Assembly (NCBI GenBank): GCA_951804945.1
Contig: OX638154.1
Coordinates: forward strand, 68,262,001 to 68,326,000
Direction: 5' to 3'
Origin: Podarcis cretensis
Lineage: Eukaryota
Length of the DNA: 64,000 bases
This document shows, one piece after another, positions 49,546 through 62,167 of this stretch (positions are counted from its first letter, which is position 1; each line of letters begins with the position of its first letter). The notes beneath the pieces are model-generated. The model was not told the DNA's origin. It did no database searches and was given only the letters and a program-made list of their open reading frames with translations. Made by a program: the position numbers and the translations under genes.

Positions 49546-49671
49546 CTTGTCCATTGGTCTGAGTGGCTGGTGGTGCACTAGGAGGAGCTGCAGGTGGTGG
49601 CTGTGCTTGCTGCTGATAGTAGTGAGCATAATAAGCTGCCCATGCTGCTGAATTAGGGTCTGTTGGCTTAC
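49546..49671 (-). CDS. FUBP1: FUBP1 exon, (G)KPTDPNSAAWAAYYAHYYQQQAQ...TNGQ
   Basis: cctag|GT...CAAG|gtaccc, 126 nt, phase 1/1. Confidence 0.96.
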
Positions 49672-50114
49672 CTAGGAAATTAAACATTACTTTAAGTTCA
49701 ACATATCTTTGGTAGGCTTCCTTTATTTTCCATAGGCTATAGTTTAGTCACACAGTTCCTGTCTAATTGGCCGTATACAAACCATATTTTGGTTCAAGGC
49801 TGCAACCCTAAATACACATATCTTTTAACATTATGGCATGCACAGGATTTTGCTTTAAGTCAAAGCAGCCCAGGTCAATTTCTTAAACTTTCAACAATAT
49901 TTAGTCACGTGACTCAAATAGCAATCCTATGCAAACATCCTTGGGAGTGAATGTCAATAAATCAGTAGGATTTGTTTCAGAGTCAACATATTTAGGAATT
50001 TTAAAAATAATGTACCATGTTATCTCTCGTTTTAAACATGGAACTCAATGCAATCGAACACCATCTTGGCTGGACACGAGAATACATGTAGTTTCTTAAA
50101 CTGTTTCTCCTTAC

Positions 50115-50194
50115 CAGGATCTGGAGGATTCGGTGGCTGCCAGTGCGGATAAGCATTACCCCATCCTTGCGGAGCATATGGTGCTGGAGGGCCA
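50115..50194 (-). CDS. FUBP1: FUBP1 exon, [26 protein letters not shown]
   Basis: ttag|T...CCTG|gtaagg, 80 nt, phase 2/1. Confidence 0.97.
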
Positions 50195-50734
50195 CTAAGG
50201 AGGAAGCGTGTGTGCAATCATTATTAAATAGAAATGGAAAGCAACAAAACACAGCAGCTGCAGCTACTTCAGACTTCTAAACAAGTCACGTGGTTGCCAC
50301 TGGTGCTTGGAGGGGCAAAACCCCCAATTTACAGCACTTTCCCCACCCAGTACTGGAACACCCTATTTCTGGGGAAAGCTCTAATTAGCTATTTGCAGCT
50401 GCAACTGCTGTAGCAAATGCATTAAAATCAATCCTGGAAATGGGTTGAAACCAAAGGGTTATGCAATAATGTTTTTGGTTACTTGGTGAATAAAAATGTT
50501 AATTTACTAGCACTTAGAAAATGTGTTATTAGGTAGCAAAAACAAGTTTTGGCCTGAATTCTACTGATGTAGCCCCATGTTCGGGAGTAAGGAGAGTGAA
50601 GGTGGAGAAGGGGTCTGCTCAGTTTTGTGGTTAAGTAGCTGTCAAAACAAAACAAAACCCGTCCCAGTAGCAAAAGGGTTTGTGATTTCTATTTGATACT
50701 TTTGTAAATTTATTTATAAGAGTAAGTTACTTAC

Positions 50735-50886
50735 TGAGGTGCAGGACCAGGAGGGCCAGGTGTATAGGGAGCTGGATTGTAAGGTCCCATTGGAGCTCCA
50801 GGAGGCGGCCCAGGGGGCCCATGTGGCCCAGGGACAACACCATGAGGTCCATGTGGCACAGGTGGCCCCAAAGGATTTACTGGACC
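50735..50886 (-). CDS. FUBP1: FUBP1 proline-rich exon, GPVNPLGPPVPHGPHG...PAP(H)
   Basis: tcag|GGT...CA|gtaagt, 152 nt, phase 0/2. Confidence 0.97.
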
Positions 50887-51401
50887 CTGAAAGCAAAGAT
50901 AAATGACATGGATGAAGTTGCTATCAACCAACTGTAAGAACAAGCTTGTTTCAATATCCAACTAATGCTCCTCTTCTCTAAATATCTCCTTCGGGGAAGG
51001 AATTCCAGCTCTCCATCCCTCCGTAAATCCTTTGCTCTAAAAAGATTCTGCAGTCACACTAACTTTTACAGAACTCACATTATTTGGTTCTCATGTAGCT
51101 TCTTACAGTAATCAGTGGACTAAGAAGACATTCAAACTTAGAAGTACTAGCTCCTTGACTGCTAACAGTTCATGGGGTAAACAGCAATTGTACTAGGGCA
51201 AATAGCTTGACATATTCGTTACTCAAATAGCTCTATGACATGTGAGAAAATGCATGAAGAATGCAAGGTATATTTTGTGTATTTCCCCCAAAGCTGCCGA
51301 TTACTACTAGCATCATGAGGCAACGTCCGCACAACTATCATAGGAGCTGGTTTCCTCTTACTTTACATAACTAAATAAATATGGTTTTCCAGAATACTTA
51401 C

Positions 51402-51562
51402 TCCAATCTTTTCTTCTATGAGCTGCCGAGCATAGTCAATCTGCTGTGGTGTCCCCCGGATGGTAAACAATTTCATATTTGGATCTGCATTTGGTGGTGG
51501 GTTTCTTTGCAGTTCTATTCTAGCACCAGATTGCTGGCTAATGCTCTTGATAGTTTCACCAC
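51402..51562 (-). CDS. FUBP1: FUBP1 exon, KH4 C-terminal part [17 protein letters not shown]...EEKIG
   Basis: tcag|GT...GGA|gtaagt, 161 nt, phase 1/0. Confidence 0.97.
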
Positions 51563-51977
51563 CTGAAATTTTAAGTACAAATTATTGCACTGAATTTGTT
51601 GCTAGTTCCTAAAGAAACAGAGTAGGGAAATTTTAAACAAGTCTATGCTCCCCTGAAGAAATATTATCAGTCTAAAACAGAGCAAGACCTCTTGAACAGA
51701 TTCACTTCAGACTGTACTTGAATTTGTGGTGGGAACCTTTTTGTTCCATTGTTTTACTGGCCCTATTCAGGAGGAGGAGGAGTAACAAGTCACACATTCT
51801 CTAGCTCCTCCAGGAAAAGTGACACTTCCACCACCTCAGTCCCAGTGCCTAATCGAAGCCAGTAAGATGGTGTCACACATAACTCAACATTGAATACAGC
51901 TACCCCATTTAGAAAATCTCAGTTTAAATGTAACAGAAGATAGAAAAGCGATCTGCCAAATAAATCAAGTTTATTAC

Positions 51978-52119
51978 CTTTCCCAATAATTAATCCAGTT
52001 TTTCCAGTTGGGACAATGAAATTAAATTCTTGCAATCCACCAGGTGGTCCCATATTCCAATTGCCCTGACCTCTACCTCGCCCACGACCTCCAGGTCCTG
52101 GACCACCAGGATTGCCAGC
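51978..52119 (-). CDS. FUBP1: FUBP1 exon, [21 protein letters not shown]...GLIIGK
   Basis: ctag|GCT...AAAG|gtaata, 142 nt, phase 0/1. Confidence 0.97.
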
Positions 52120-53453
52120 CTAGATTGAGATGAATAAAACAAAAGAAAATCAGAAATAATTCAAAAATTACTGCAACATAAAAAGACTAGCAATTTTCCC
52201 TCTGCCAAAATTACAAAAATACAATGCATAGTGTATATATGCCAATGTCTAAAAAAACAAACAATATTTTTGCAGACGTTGGAGAATCTATTTTACTTTT
52301 TTTGATCCTTCTGATACCTCAATGTCAGCTGAATGAAAAGCATTTGGGCCAAGGAACCATGGGGATGGGTAAGGCAGGGATAGGGGTTTATCTAAAATAT
52401 GGCATACATTTTATGTGCTCCTGGGGCAGAGATGTGAAACAAAAAGCATAGCTACCACTAGCAAATGTCTGCCCAGGGTATACTGCTTCAAATGGACATG
52501 GCATGAGTATTGCTCTATATAGTGGGGGAGGAGAGCTGATATTTCACAACTGGCAACCAAAGGAGTGCATTTACCTCCATACCAAATAAATGGCATGGAA
52601 TAGGGTCCACACTTAGCCCTTCTTTGACATGCTTTTTTTTTTGTATGAGCCTCTACCTGCAATCTGAAGTAACTCAGTGCAGACATAGCTTTAGGGATAC
52701 AAGAGGCACCCTGATGGACTAGACCAATAGCCCATCTTATTAAGCATCCTGTTCTCCCAAGGATCAACCAGATGCCTATGGGAAGACAGCAAGCAGGATG
52801 AGCACAACCACTTAGTGAAAACCATGTCTTTGACAAACAACCTTACCTATCAATGTTGCCTGTATTTCCCCAGAATGACAGCTTTCAGTCAACAATCTTT
52901 CTATGTACACTGCTAATCAGCAACACTATGCTTGGCAAACACAGTGTTGGCTAACACTGAGGTGAGGCTCAGCATTTATCTATCCCACTGAAAACCATCA
53001 AATGCCACAAAGCTTAGAAGGACAAAGTTCCATAAATCCTAGAATTAAAGTGTCTCATGCCAGCAGTTTTACATATGAAAGCACACCCCAGAAACTGATG
53101 AGAACTTATTTCATACCATTAAATTATTTTGCAAAGTATTTTTTCCTGAATTGAGGATTTCTGTAGCCTTGCAGTGGTTGAAGAAGAATCACAAACAGGC
53201 ACTGACAATTTGCAGAGTTGATGTTTTCTTTTAACCCAGAATGGCTATCATAGGTAGGCGAGTGGATATTTTTGGTTTCAAGGCTAGAAATTTGTTAACA
53301 CAGCTATTTAAGTAACTATCACAAATACTAAAGCTCCCATTAGCCCACCTCCTTTGAAGTTGAGAAATGTATTCAAATACATTTTAAAAGAAACCCAGTA
53401 ATATTTTATAAACCACTTGATTTCATAAACATTCCTAGCAGCTATGAACCAAC

Positions 53454-53554
53454 CTGAACACTTCGAAGAAGATCCGTAATAATTTCTGCTGCATGTTGGC
53501 ATCTGTCTGGAGGTCCTGTGATTTGGGCTATTCTGTCTGGAGTTGTTCCATCAT
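53454..53554 (-). CDS. FUBP1: FUBP1 exon, KH3 [34 protein letters not shown]
   Basis: ccag|AT...CAG|gttggt, 101 nt, phase 1/0. Confidence 0.97.
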
Positions 53555-53643
53555 CTGGAAGAGGAATGGAATATTAAAACAAATTTCCTTTAAAAATTAG
53601 GAGAAAACCTCTGAATTTTATGTCATGTACATAGGCAGTTCAC

Positions 53644-53746
53644 CTGGTTTGAACTGTATCCTCACACCAGCATCATTCTGTATCTTTTTAATCATTTCTC
53701 CATTTCTTCCAATTACAATACCAACTGCAAATCTTGGAATTGGTAC
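53644..53746 (-). CDS. FUBP1: FUBP1 exon, KH3 [34 protein letters not shown]
   Basis: tcag|GTA...CCAG|gtgaac, 103 nt, phase 0/1; KH GxxG loop. Confidence 0.97.
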
Positions 53747-53925
53747 CTGAAGAAACAAAACAAATTTTCAGCAAATGTTTCAAAGCAATCAAAAGTATTT
53801 ATCTAGGTTTAGGTCACTACTTTTGACACATCTCAAACATACAAGCAACCCACAATAAAGCCGCCGTGAAGAGGATTAGGTTAACAAAAGGTCAGAGAAC
53901 AGTAGGAAATTTAATAGCTGTACAC

Positions 53926-54058
53926 CAGGCTTCCTCAACCTCGGCCCTCCAAATGTTTTTGGCCCACAACTCCCATGATCCCTAACTAGCAGGACTAGTA
54001 AGGGATGATGGGAATTGTAGTCTCAAAACATCCGGGGGGCCGAGGTTGAGGAAGCCTG
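53926..54058. mobile_element. Palindromic hAT MITE (133 bp)
   Basis: caggcttcctcaacctcggccc...gggccgaggttgaggaagcctg; TSD ctgtacac/ctgtaaac. Confidence 0.88.
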
Positions 54059-54445
54059 CTGTAAACCTTTCCAAGCTATTTTTCTAACAAAATATTTAAT
54101 ACAACCCATAAGTATCATAACCATTATATTTTAGAGAAATAGTTCAATAATTGCCAAGAAGTTCATCGCTAAGTTTATAAGGGCCAAAAAATGAAATAAA
54201 AATCTGTTATTATTCTTTTTATTTATATCCTGTCCTTTCTCCTGGAAGAATCAAGGCGGCATACAGCTAAAACAGAAACAGCTAAAAACGTAAGGGGGAA
54301 AGCAATCGCTGAAAATAATAAAAAAAATACATTAATAGTATATACAAGCATCTCATTACATACTTTCCTGCCCTTTATTCTAATTTGAAGAAAAAGAAGT
54401 GCTCTGATAAAGACACATTTCATAAAATGTTCTCATTATACTCAC

Positions 54446-54547
54446 ATCTAATCCTTCATTTCCTCCTATTCTTGAGCCATATTCATTGCGCACCTCTCTA
54501 AAACCACCTTGATCACGAATTAGGTCCAAAACCATTTCCTTGGCTTG
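54446..54547 (-). CDS. FUBP1: FUBP1 exon, [34 protein letters not shown]
   Basis: ttag|CAA...GAT|gtgagt, 102 nt, phase 0/0. Confidence 0.97.
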
Positions 54548-54641
54548 CTAAAAGAGAATGAGGTACAATTCAGATGCAACAATCTTAAAAGGAACATTAT
54601 CTAAAGGAATATTATTTTTTAAAATTAAAATATCATCTTAC

Positions 54642-54740
54642 TTGAACTTTGTAAGGATCTCCTGTGATTCTAAGAGGTTTGTCTGCTCCAGTGTTCTGTG
54701 GTCCATCTTGAATCATTACCATTTTTACACCAGCTCTCTC
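54642..54740 (-). CDS. FUBP1: FUBP1 exon, KH2 [33 protein letters not shown]
   Basis: atag|GAG...CAA|gtaaga, 99 nt, phase 0/0. Confidence 0.97.
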
Positions 54741-54827
54741 CTATATTCAACAAAAGTAATCTGTACAGATCATGCAAATTTAGTACTTTAATGCATTCAC
54801 CCACAAATTAATTTTTTTTCAGCTTAC

Positions 54828-54990
54828 CTGAAGTTGCTTTATTGTCTCTCCACCTTTTCCAATAACTAATCCTGCTTTGCTAGCTGGAATCATAATTTCC
54901 TGGACTGCATTTCCTGGACCATCCCCATGATGGAATCCTGGCGTAGGCCTTCCTTTTTCAACTATCTGATCAAGTAATCTCTTTGCAGAC
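54828..54990 (-). CDS. FUBP1: FUBP1 exon, [14 protein letters not shown]...[15 protein letters not shown]
   Basis: ttcaag|G...CAG|gtaagc, 163 nt, phase 2/0. Confidence 0.97.
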
Positions 54991-55466
54991 CTTGAAAAAT
55001 ATACAATTTATAATAGTGGCAAGACTGGGGGAAAACATAACTGGAACAAACAGCAGAGTAAAATGGGTGATGGCTAACTAGAAAAGCAAGTAATCTGCTT
55101 AACAGTAAATGAAAATCTGACTCTTTACAGTGCCCACAGCACTTCCATTTAGGAAGGAGGACAAGAAACATGTCATTGAGTATAAGCAGCACGGATGCAA
55201 AAAGGCAGGGCATGCAGATGATCGAAAACACAGAACATGAAGATCTGCAGAATAGTGCAGGTAAGAGAAAGGTAGGTTAAAATGTACTGGATATACCTGG
55301 GGGGGGGGACCTCAAACTATACAAGTTTAGCCATGCCTAAACAATGATCATTCTTCACCTAGGACACCAGAAAGTAATTTCTGACGTAGTACACTATGCT
55401 CTTTAACATACAGAACCATAATTAAAAACACATCAGCCTATTTGAAAGTTTTAAGCGAACACTTAC

Positions 55467-55524
55467 TGTACTGACTCTGGGGTTCCAGTTAACATGCAAG
55501 ATCTTTCAGGCATGCCACCACTAT
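55467..55524 (-). CDS. FUBP1: FUBP1 exon, DSGGMPERSCMLTGTPESVQ
   Basis: atag|AT...CA|gtaagt, 58 nt, phase 1/2. Confidence 0.96.
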
Positions 55525-55783
55525 CTATAAAATGGAAATAGTACAGAATTAATACTACTAAAGAAAGAAATCAGTAGCTAGCAATTATGCATTAACTGAA
55601 TTACACATTCAAAAGGTACTCAAAATCAATTGTCCATAATGTATCCAAATTTTAACCCATTACTTGTTCCCAAAATAGTTTCTCCTAAAGAGTGGAAAAT
55701 AATTAAAAACACTGGTTTGGTTCTAACATTACTTGCTTGTGTTCCATACTTTTCATTAATAGAACAGGAAATGAAATAGTTAC

Positions 55784-55855
55784 CAGGTGCAATCTGTATT
55801 TTGCATCCAGATTCTTGCTGTATGCGAGAAATCTGTTCTCCTCCTCTGCCAATTA
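55784..55855 (-). CDS. FUBP1: FUBP1 exon, KH1 IIGRGGEQISRIQQESGCKIQIAP
   Basis: caag|TA...CCTG|gtaact, 72 nt, phase 1/1. Confidence 0.97.
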
Positions 55856-55943
55856 CTTGAAAAATGGACAAACAAACCAGAATTATTGCACGAATTGCAT
55901 TCAGTATATTTTAATTACTTTATAGCAAGGTTACACTACTTAC

Positions 55944-55993
55944 TGAATCCAACCATTCCATCAGGAACTTTGTATTCTTCTGTCATTACAGAC
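55944..55993 (-). CDS. FUBP1: FUBP1 exon, SVMTEEYKVPDGMVGF
   Basis: tcag|G...TTCA|gtaagt, 50 nt, phase 2/1. Confidence 0.96.
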
Positions 55994-57396
55994 CTGAAAA
56001 AAATAACAAAAACTAGATTGCACCTTGCTTGGAATTCTCTCAATAAACTTCAGAATTATATTGTGTTATCTAGTTCCTATTAGTTTTTTTTTCTTTGCCA
56101 GATTTGTAGTTTTGCAAGCCTACAAATGATAGTAATTTTATCAGTAGCCAATTATTTTAAATGAATAGGTACAATAATATCAATACTTTGCATAGATTTG
56201 AATTTCATAATCACTACATGTGATTTAAGGCAGAGGTTTGCACAAGAGGACTTCCACTTATGCAACAGAATTTTACCTTGCTCTTCTCCATCCTGCATCC
56301 CCCTACATGCCTCTAAAATTTACTCTGGTTTTCCCCAAGATGCAAGAGCAGATTTGGGGGCATGTAGGAGTAAGGAGAGGAAGCCCCACTGTGTGAGGGG
56401 AGAGCTATTCTGCTCACACAAGAACAGCAATGAACAATTTGTGACCATTTGCTGGGGATGAAGGAGAAAACATGGTCAGGTGGAGATGCCTCTGAGTCCA
56501 CATAAATAGAAAATAGCCCTGTCTACTTTTAATTTAAACACAGAAGTCACAAATAACAGCAAATATATGAAAAGCATATATAAAGAGAAAGAAAAGATTT
56601 GGGAAATGTAATAAAACTACATGCATGACCTATCCTACAATGCAGGAGGAAATTCACTAATGAACACGTTCTTTTCATTTACCTTTTCAAACGAACCCTA
56701 TCAAGCTGATTTAAGCCTTATTTCTTGTCCTTAAACATAGTAACACCCTTACTGATCCAAGCTATTTTGAAAGAGGCAATGATTTCTCTGTCATGCTGAA
56801 CTGACTGGCAGCTTATTTTCAAAGAGATTTGAGTAGCAATGACAGATTTGCTTACATTGCCATCAAAGTAATGAATAACATCCTGATTCAATTTTACCTG
56901 AAGGCAGTAAGAGAACGTTGGTTTAATATGGATGGCATATTTTTAAAAATCATACTTTTTGGAAAGTGGCATGGTTACTCTAAGAAACCACACACACATG
57001 CTACATTATTAATCAGTTGCCTGTTTCTAAAATATGCCTTGAAGGCTCAGATTTGTAGCTCACACAGCTAAGCATCCAATCCTGTACAATGCTTGCTTAG
57101 AGGTACGTAATAAGCACAAATATACCAACTGTAAGGGAGTAATACTATACACATTAGCTGAAGTAAAGCAAGCTGATGCAAGTTAAACTGGTGTAAAGTT
57201 ACACCAGATCCAAATTTCCTGGCAGTTTTTAGGTCTATTCAAAAGGGACAAATTAAATTTGCAAAGTCAATGAATTAACATACTAGTCATTCCTGCTTGG
57301 GATTGTTATATGCAATTTTGAAGTACTTTTATAAATTTTTGGGAGAAGTCAATATGAACAGTTACATCTTAGAAGAATCAGAAAAAAGTATCCTAC

Positions 57397-57436
57397 CTCT
57401 GTTGCTGATGCATGGGTGGCATCTGATTTCCAAAGG
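57397..57436 (-). CDS. FUBP1: FUBP1 exon 4, FGNQMPPMHQQQ(R); upstream exons not found in the window
   Basis: ttag|CC...AG|gtagga, 40 nt, phase 1/2. Confidence 0.93.
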
Positions 57437-58596
57437 CTAAAATAAATATATACGGTAAATATTTTAATTCCATTAAATGCTCTGGAATAAATGAGAACGG
57501 GTGCAACACACAGCCTACCATATGAACAATTTGCATATATATTAACTTTTTTCATCTCTCCCATTCAACCCAAAGTATCACAACTACAATTACAATCCTA
57601 AACTCATGTAGTGGGAGTAATCCTCACTGAACTCAACAGATAGAGGTGGGTAAGACTGCACTATAATTATCTCACACGGGGGAAATACAGCACTGGGTAC
57701 AATAGCTGAGGTCAGACAGAGAACCAAACCATGAATTGATGATTGAACAAACTTAGAATGAGACATAGGCTTAGGTTTTTGTCCTGTCGTATGCCCAGTG
57801 TAACCATTTCCTTCCAACTTTGCTGATAGCTGAGAAGCAAACTATGACTGAGGCTTCACAAGGTATATCTGGATTGCAAATCAATATCAAACCCTGGTAT
57901 TCATGGAAAACAGACATAATCTGCCAGCCAGAAAGTAAAGACAAATTATAGATTGCTACAAACTGAGAAGAAATGAATTAGGTCAAGAATACAAGGATAG
58001 GAGAGCAAGGACCAAGCTCACTGTTTTTCCTACTCTTATGTAAAACTTCCCCCCTCTCTCCCTACCCTTATACAGCGCATTATTATGAAGTAAGATCAAT
58101 GGAACTTGTCTCTTCAGTGGGCAGAACATTTTTGCCTTCACCTTTAAGGTTTCTTCTATCCCAATGAATAAGTAGTCAATAAACACGCTTTAGGATTTTC
58201 TTTGTGTTGGGGTAGCACACTATATGTACTTAGGTATGAACAATCACCAACCCAAAGTCCTATCTCCCACTCTCTTTTGAAGCAAGGGGTACGAGTTGCA
58301 TGTGGCTTGCCACTTTAGTAACAGAATATCACTGGCTCTATCCAACACTGCAGCTTCAGTAGCACAAGATATTGCAGTGTTAGCAAGAAAACGTCCCTCT
58401 CCTGTTCCCTTCCACAAAATCAGCTCGAGTTTGGGGAACCCACTGGAGCAGATGGATGGGGCAGAAGATAGGAAACCTAAGTCCTGTTATGCCAGTGGAA
58501 CCCTGATGCCACTGCATTGGATAGAATTACCTTCCCTTGGTTTTTGTTTTTGTTTAACAGCAGCTGATACTTCCTGTAATAGCAGCATTGGATTTA

Positions 58597-59237
58597 CCGT
58601 ATTTTTCACTCCATAGGACGCACTTTTTCCCTTTCAAAAATGAAGGGGAAATGTGTGTGCGTCCCATGGAGCGAAGACGCCATAGAGGCAGGAGCCTCTA
58701 TAGCCGCGCATCACCTCTCCAGCCGGAGAGCGCGCGCGGGGCAAAGGAAGCCATAGCCCCACGATCCTCTCCCGGCTGGAGAGGTGACGTGCGGCTATGG
58801 CAGGAGCCTCTTTAGCCGCGCGCCACCTCTCCAGCTGGGAGAGCGCGTGAGGGGCTAAAGAAGCCATAGCCCCGCGACCCTCTCCCAGCTGGAGAGGTGA
58901 CGCGCGACTATGGCAGCAGCCTCTCCGCTGCTCCCTGACCTGCTCTTTGGGGCTGGTAGTGGGCTTCCCCCGCCAGCCCCAAAGAGCAGGTCGAAAGGAA
59001 CCTGAAGCCTGGAGAGTGAGAGGGGTTGGTGCACACCGACCCCTCTCGCTCTGCAGGCTTCCAAGGTAGCCGCTCTGTTTTAGAGCGGGAAAACAAGAAG
59101 GGGAAAATTCTCCCCCCTCTCTGTGCAGCTTTTCCTGCCGCTTCGCTGAAGGGGCGCTGGGCAGAGAGGGGGAGAATTTTTTTTTCTTGTTCTCCCCCCT
59201 CTAAAACGAGGTGCGTCCTATGGTGCGAAAAATACGG
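58597..59237. mobile_element. Tc1/mariner-type non-autonomous DNA transposon with internal tandem hairpins
   Basis: ta|ccgtatttttcactccataggacgcac...gtgcgtcctatggtgcgaaaaatacgg|ta. Confidence 0.9.
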
Positions 59238-60748
59238 TAATCTGTTATTGCTAGCCTTTCCAGCTGTAATACTTTGGGCTGTTTTTAATGCTGCTAGTTC
59301 ACTCGCACAATGGCACTCCTCCCCTGTAGTCCACAATGCACCCTAACCCTAAAAACCTTCTCCAGGAGGTTGGAGAACCCTCCAGAACAGATTGTAGGGC
59401 ACAGGTGAGAGAAGAGGCAGGGGAAGTCAGTTGAGCAAGCAGAACTCTGCTGGTGTAATGTTTGATACAACCCATTATTATTTTGTATTTTGCTCCTTAC
59501 CAATAGTAACTTTCTTTTTTTGTTACGCATATTACTGATAGGGTCCATATTCAACTGTTTAAAATCTAGGGCTCCAAAAAAGTAAAAGGAGATCCTGTAT
59601 GCCTTGAAAGATCACAGCAAACATTCAGTATATTGAGTTTTCAATTATTTCCCTTCCTGACTCCCAAAATCTGTTCTAGAGGATTGTGGCACCTGTCCGC
59701 TACTGTATGGAAGGTGAATGGCGGATTTCTGAGGAATAAATGGGATGGTTCCATAAAGTGTGGTCTCCCAAGGATGAATCCTGGGACTTGCACTTTATAC
59801 TTGTTCATAAATGACCTGGAGAGTGAGGCAGCCAGGTTTGCATAACATCAAATTGTTGACTCCAGTCTGTGAAAAAGGCAAGCTCCATTCTAGAAATCAT
59901 TACCAGCCCATATTGCAATGCCTTCAATTCAAATGCACTTGGAATAGTGTGTACCTGTTCACCTTCCTTGAGGCCAGAGGTGAGATGCACTGTGGGGTTT
60001 TTATTGTTCCTGCTGCTGTTTGTATGTTTTCATGATGATCTAAAGTGTTAACTGTTTTGTTTTTATATGCTTATTTTGGTTATAATGCATATGTATGCCA
60101 TATATCATTTGGCTGAAAGGCAGGCTATAAAATTTCAAAAGAAAGTTCTGATCATCACAACTACAAAGGGGTATTGTAGAGCTGGAAGTTTCAAGAAAGG
60201 GCAACCAAGATGATCATGGAGCTGAAACACTGTCCTACAAGGGAACTTACAACATTTGAGTGTTTATAGCAGGCATAGGGATGATGGGAGTTGTAGTCTG
60301 ACGGGCTCTTGAAGAATGCTGCTGCTGCCCAAGAGGACTGCCTGCTGAGGGCCTCTTTCCACCTGGCTTGGGGCGGGGCTTGACAGGCTTCAGAAGGACT
60401 GCAGCTGCTGCTCAGCAGAGGATTCCTCTTTTAATTTTTATCTGTGTTGTTTTAAATAAGAATCTTGGTTGTCAGCCCTGGACCCTGCCTTGCTGGCCTT
60501 TTCCCATCTGGCCTGGGAGGGTGGAGTGCTGACTGACTCCAGCTACAAAAACTGTTGAACAGATTCTTGGGCTGTAATATTGTTTACGGGGGGGGGGGGG
60601 TTGAGAGAGCTTGTTGCAGTTATTAATATTATTGTTGTATCTTTAGCTTTAGATCTTATGATTTACATGGAAATTGTTTCCATTTGGTTGTGTACATTTT
60701 GATGTGTTTTATTTATTGTTTATGACTTCTGTGATGTTTGTAATTATG

Positions 60749-60890
60749 TACCATATTTTTCGCCCTATAGGGCACACCGGCCCATAGGGTGCACCTAGTT
60801 TTTTGGGGGGGAAATAAAGAAAAAAAAATTATCCCCCCCCCAAAGCCCAAGCTTCCCCTGACCCCCAGAACACGCTGCTATCCGTAAGCT
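60749..60890. mobile_element. Truncated Tc1/mariner-type element related to 58597-59237
   Basis: Single end taccatatttttcgccctataggg; no partner TIR seen. Confidence 0.55.
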
Positions 60891-61816
60891 CACCAGTTGG
60901 GGACCCAAGTTTGAGAAACACTGTACTAATAACAAGTTTCTCAACACTTTTACATTAGGCTGCTTTTATTTCTGTGCATTTCACAATATTAACCAACAGA
61001 TAGAGACGCCTTGATGAATGACTAAATAATGTGCTTATCAGGCTTCCAGACTGCATTTCTCACACACCAAAAGATGTGCTGCTCTATATAATAATTGCAA
61101 CTATGGGTTGGAACAATGAACTATTAACAATAGGAAAATATAAACTAATGCCTTTCCACCGATACTTCTGTAAAGGTTAAGTGTAAGAACATAGTTGTTT
61201 CACTTTTCTTACAGAGCTCTTTGGAATGAAGTATAAAACAGTCCTCCAGTGAGCAGAAGACATCTTCCACACAAAGAAGGAAGCTTTTGGATCTAACAAA
61301 ATATTTCCAAAGTAACTATCTGGTCTTTCAGAAGGCAAAAATAGAAGGAAAAATGGTTTTTAGTAAATTCACCACACCCCTCTCCTTCATAATGCTACAC
61401 ATATGAGAAACCTGCTCTAAATTCCACAGCAGAGTGGCAAATCAAAGACCTACTGTGCATACACAAATTCAAATTGATGCAAACCATACTCTGAACCTAC
61501 ATCTTGCCCCAACTAGATACTGTGCTCAATCCTTTTATGCTGCAGCCATATATTGCTACCTGTCTCCCAAGCACCATTAAAGAACCTAGCTGCTCAATAA
61601 GCTTTAATATCTCTATTCTCTATTATAAGCAGCAGACAACAAGGCAAGGCATGGGATTATACTATAATGCCTTTTAACAACTTGTCTCATTGGGTACATT
61701 GCTAGTTAAGTTCAGCATAGTGTTAACCAATTATTATGGGAGGTATTTCTAAACATGATGGGAAGCACACATTTCAAATGCATTGAAAGAACATGCTGCA
61801 GTATCTACAACATTCT

Positions 61817-62167
61817 GAGGTACCCCTGCCCGTACGGGCCAGTCGTGTCCGACTCTAGGGTTGTGCGCCCATCTCACTTAAGAGGCCGGGGGCCAGCGCT
61901 GTCCGGAGACACTTCCGGGTCACGTGACCAGCGTGATGAAGCTGCTCTGGCGAGCCAGCACCAGCGCAGCACACAGAAACGCCATTTACCTTCCCGCTAT
62001 AAAACGGTATCTATTTATCTACTTGCACTTAAGGGTGCTTTCGAACTGCTAGGTGCCGGGACCGAAAGATGGGAGCTCACCCCGCCGCGGGGATTCGAAC
62101 CGCTGACCATGCGATCGGCAAGCCCTAGGCACTGAGGTTTTACCCACAGCGCCACCCGCGTCCCCTC
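61817..62167 (-). mobile_element. Sauria SINE, near full length
   Basis: Reverse complement of the 14469-14827 family; 12-bp TSD ctacaacattct at 61805-61816 and 62168-62179. Confidence 0.93.

Noticed and set aside
58588-59346. Several 70-140 aa ORFs on both strands
   Set aside because: They lie in a GC-rich non-autonomous transposon and show no transposase motifs.
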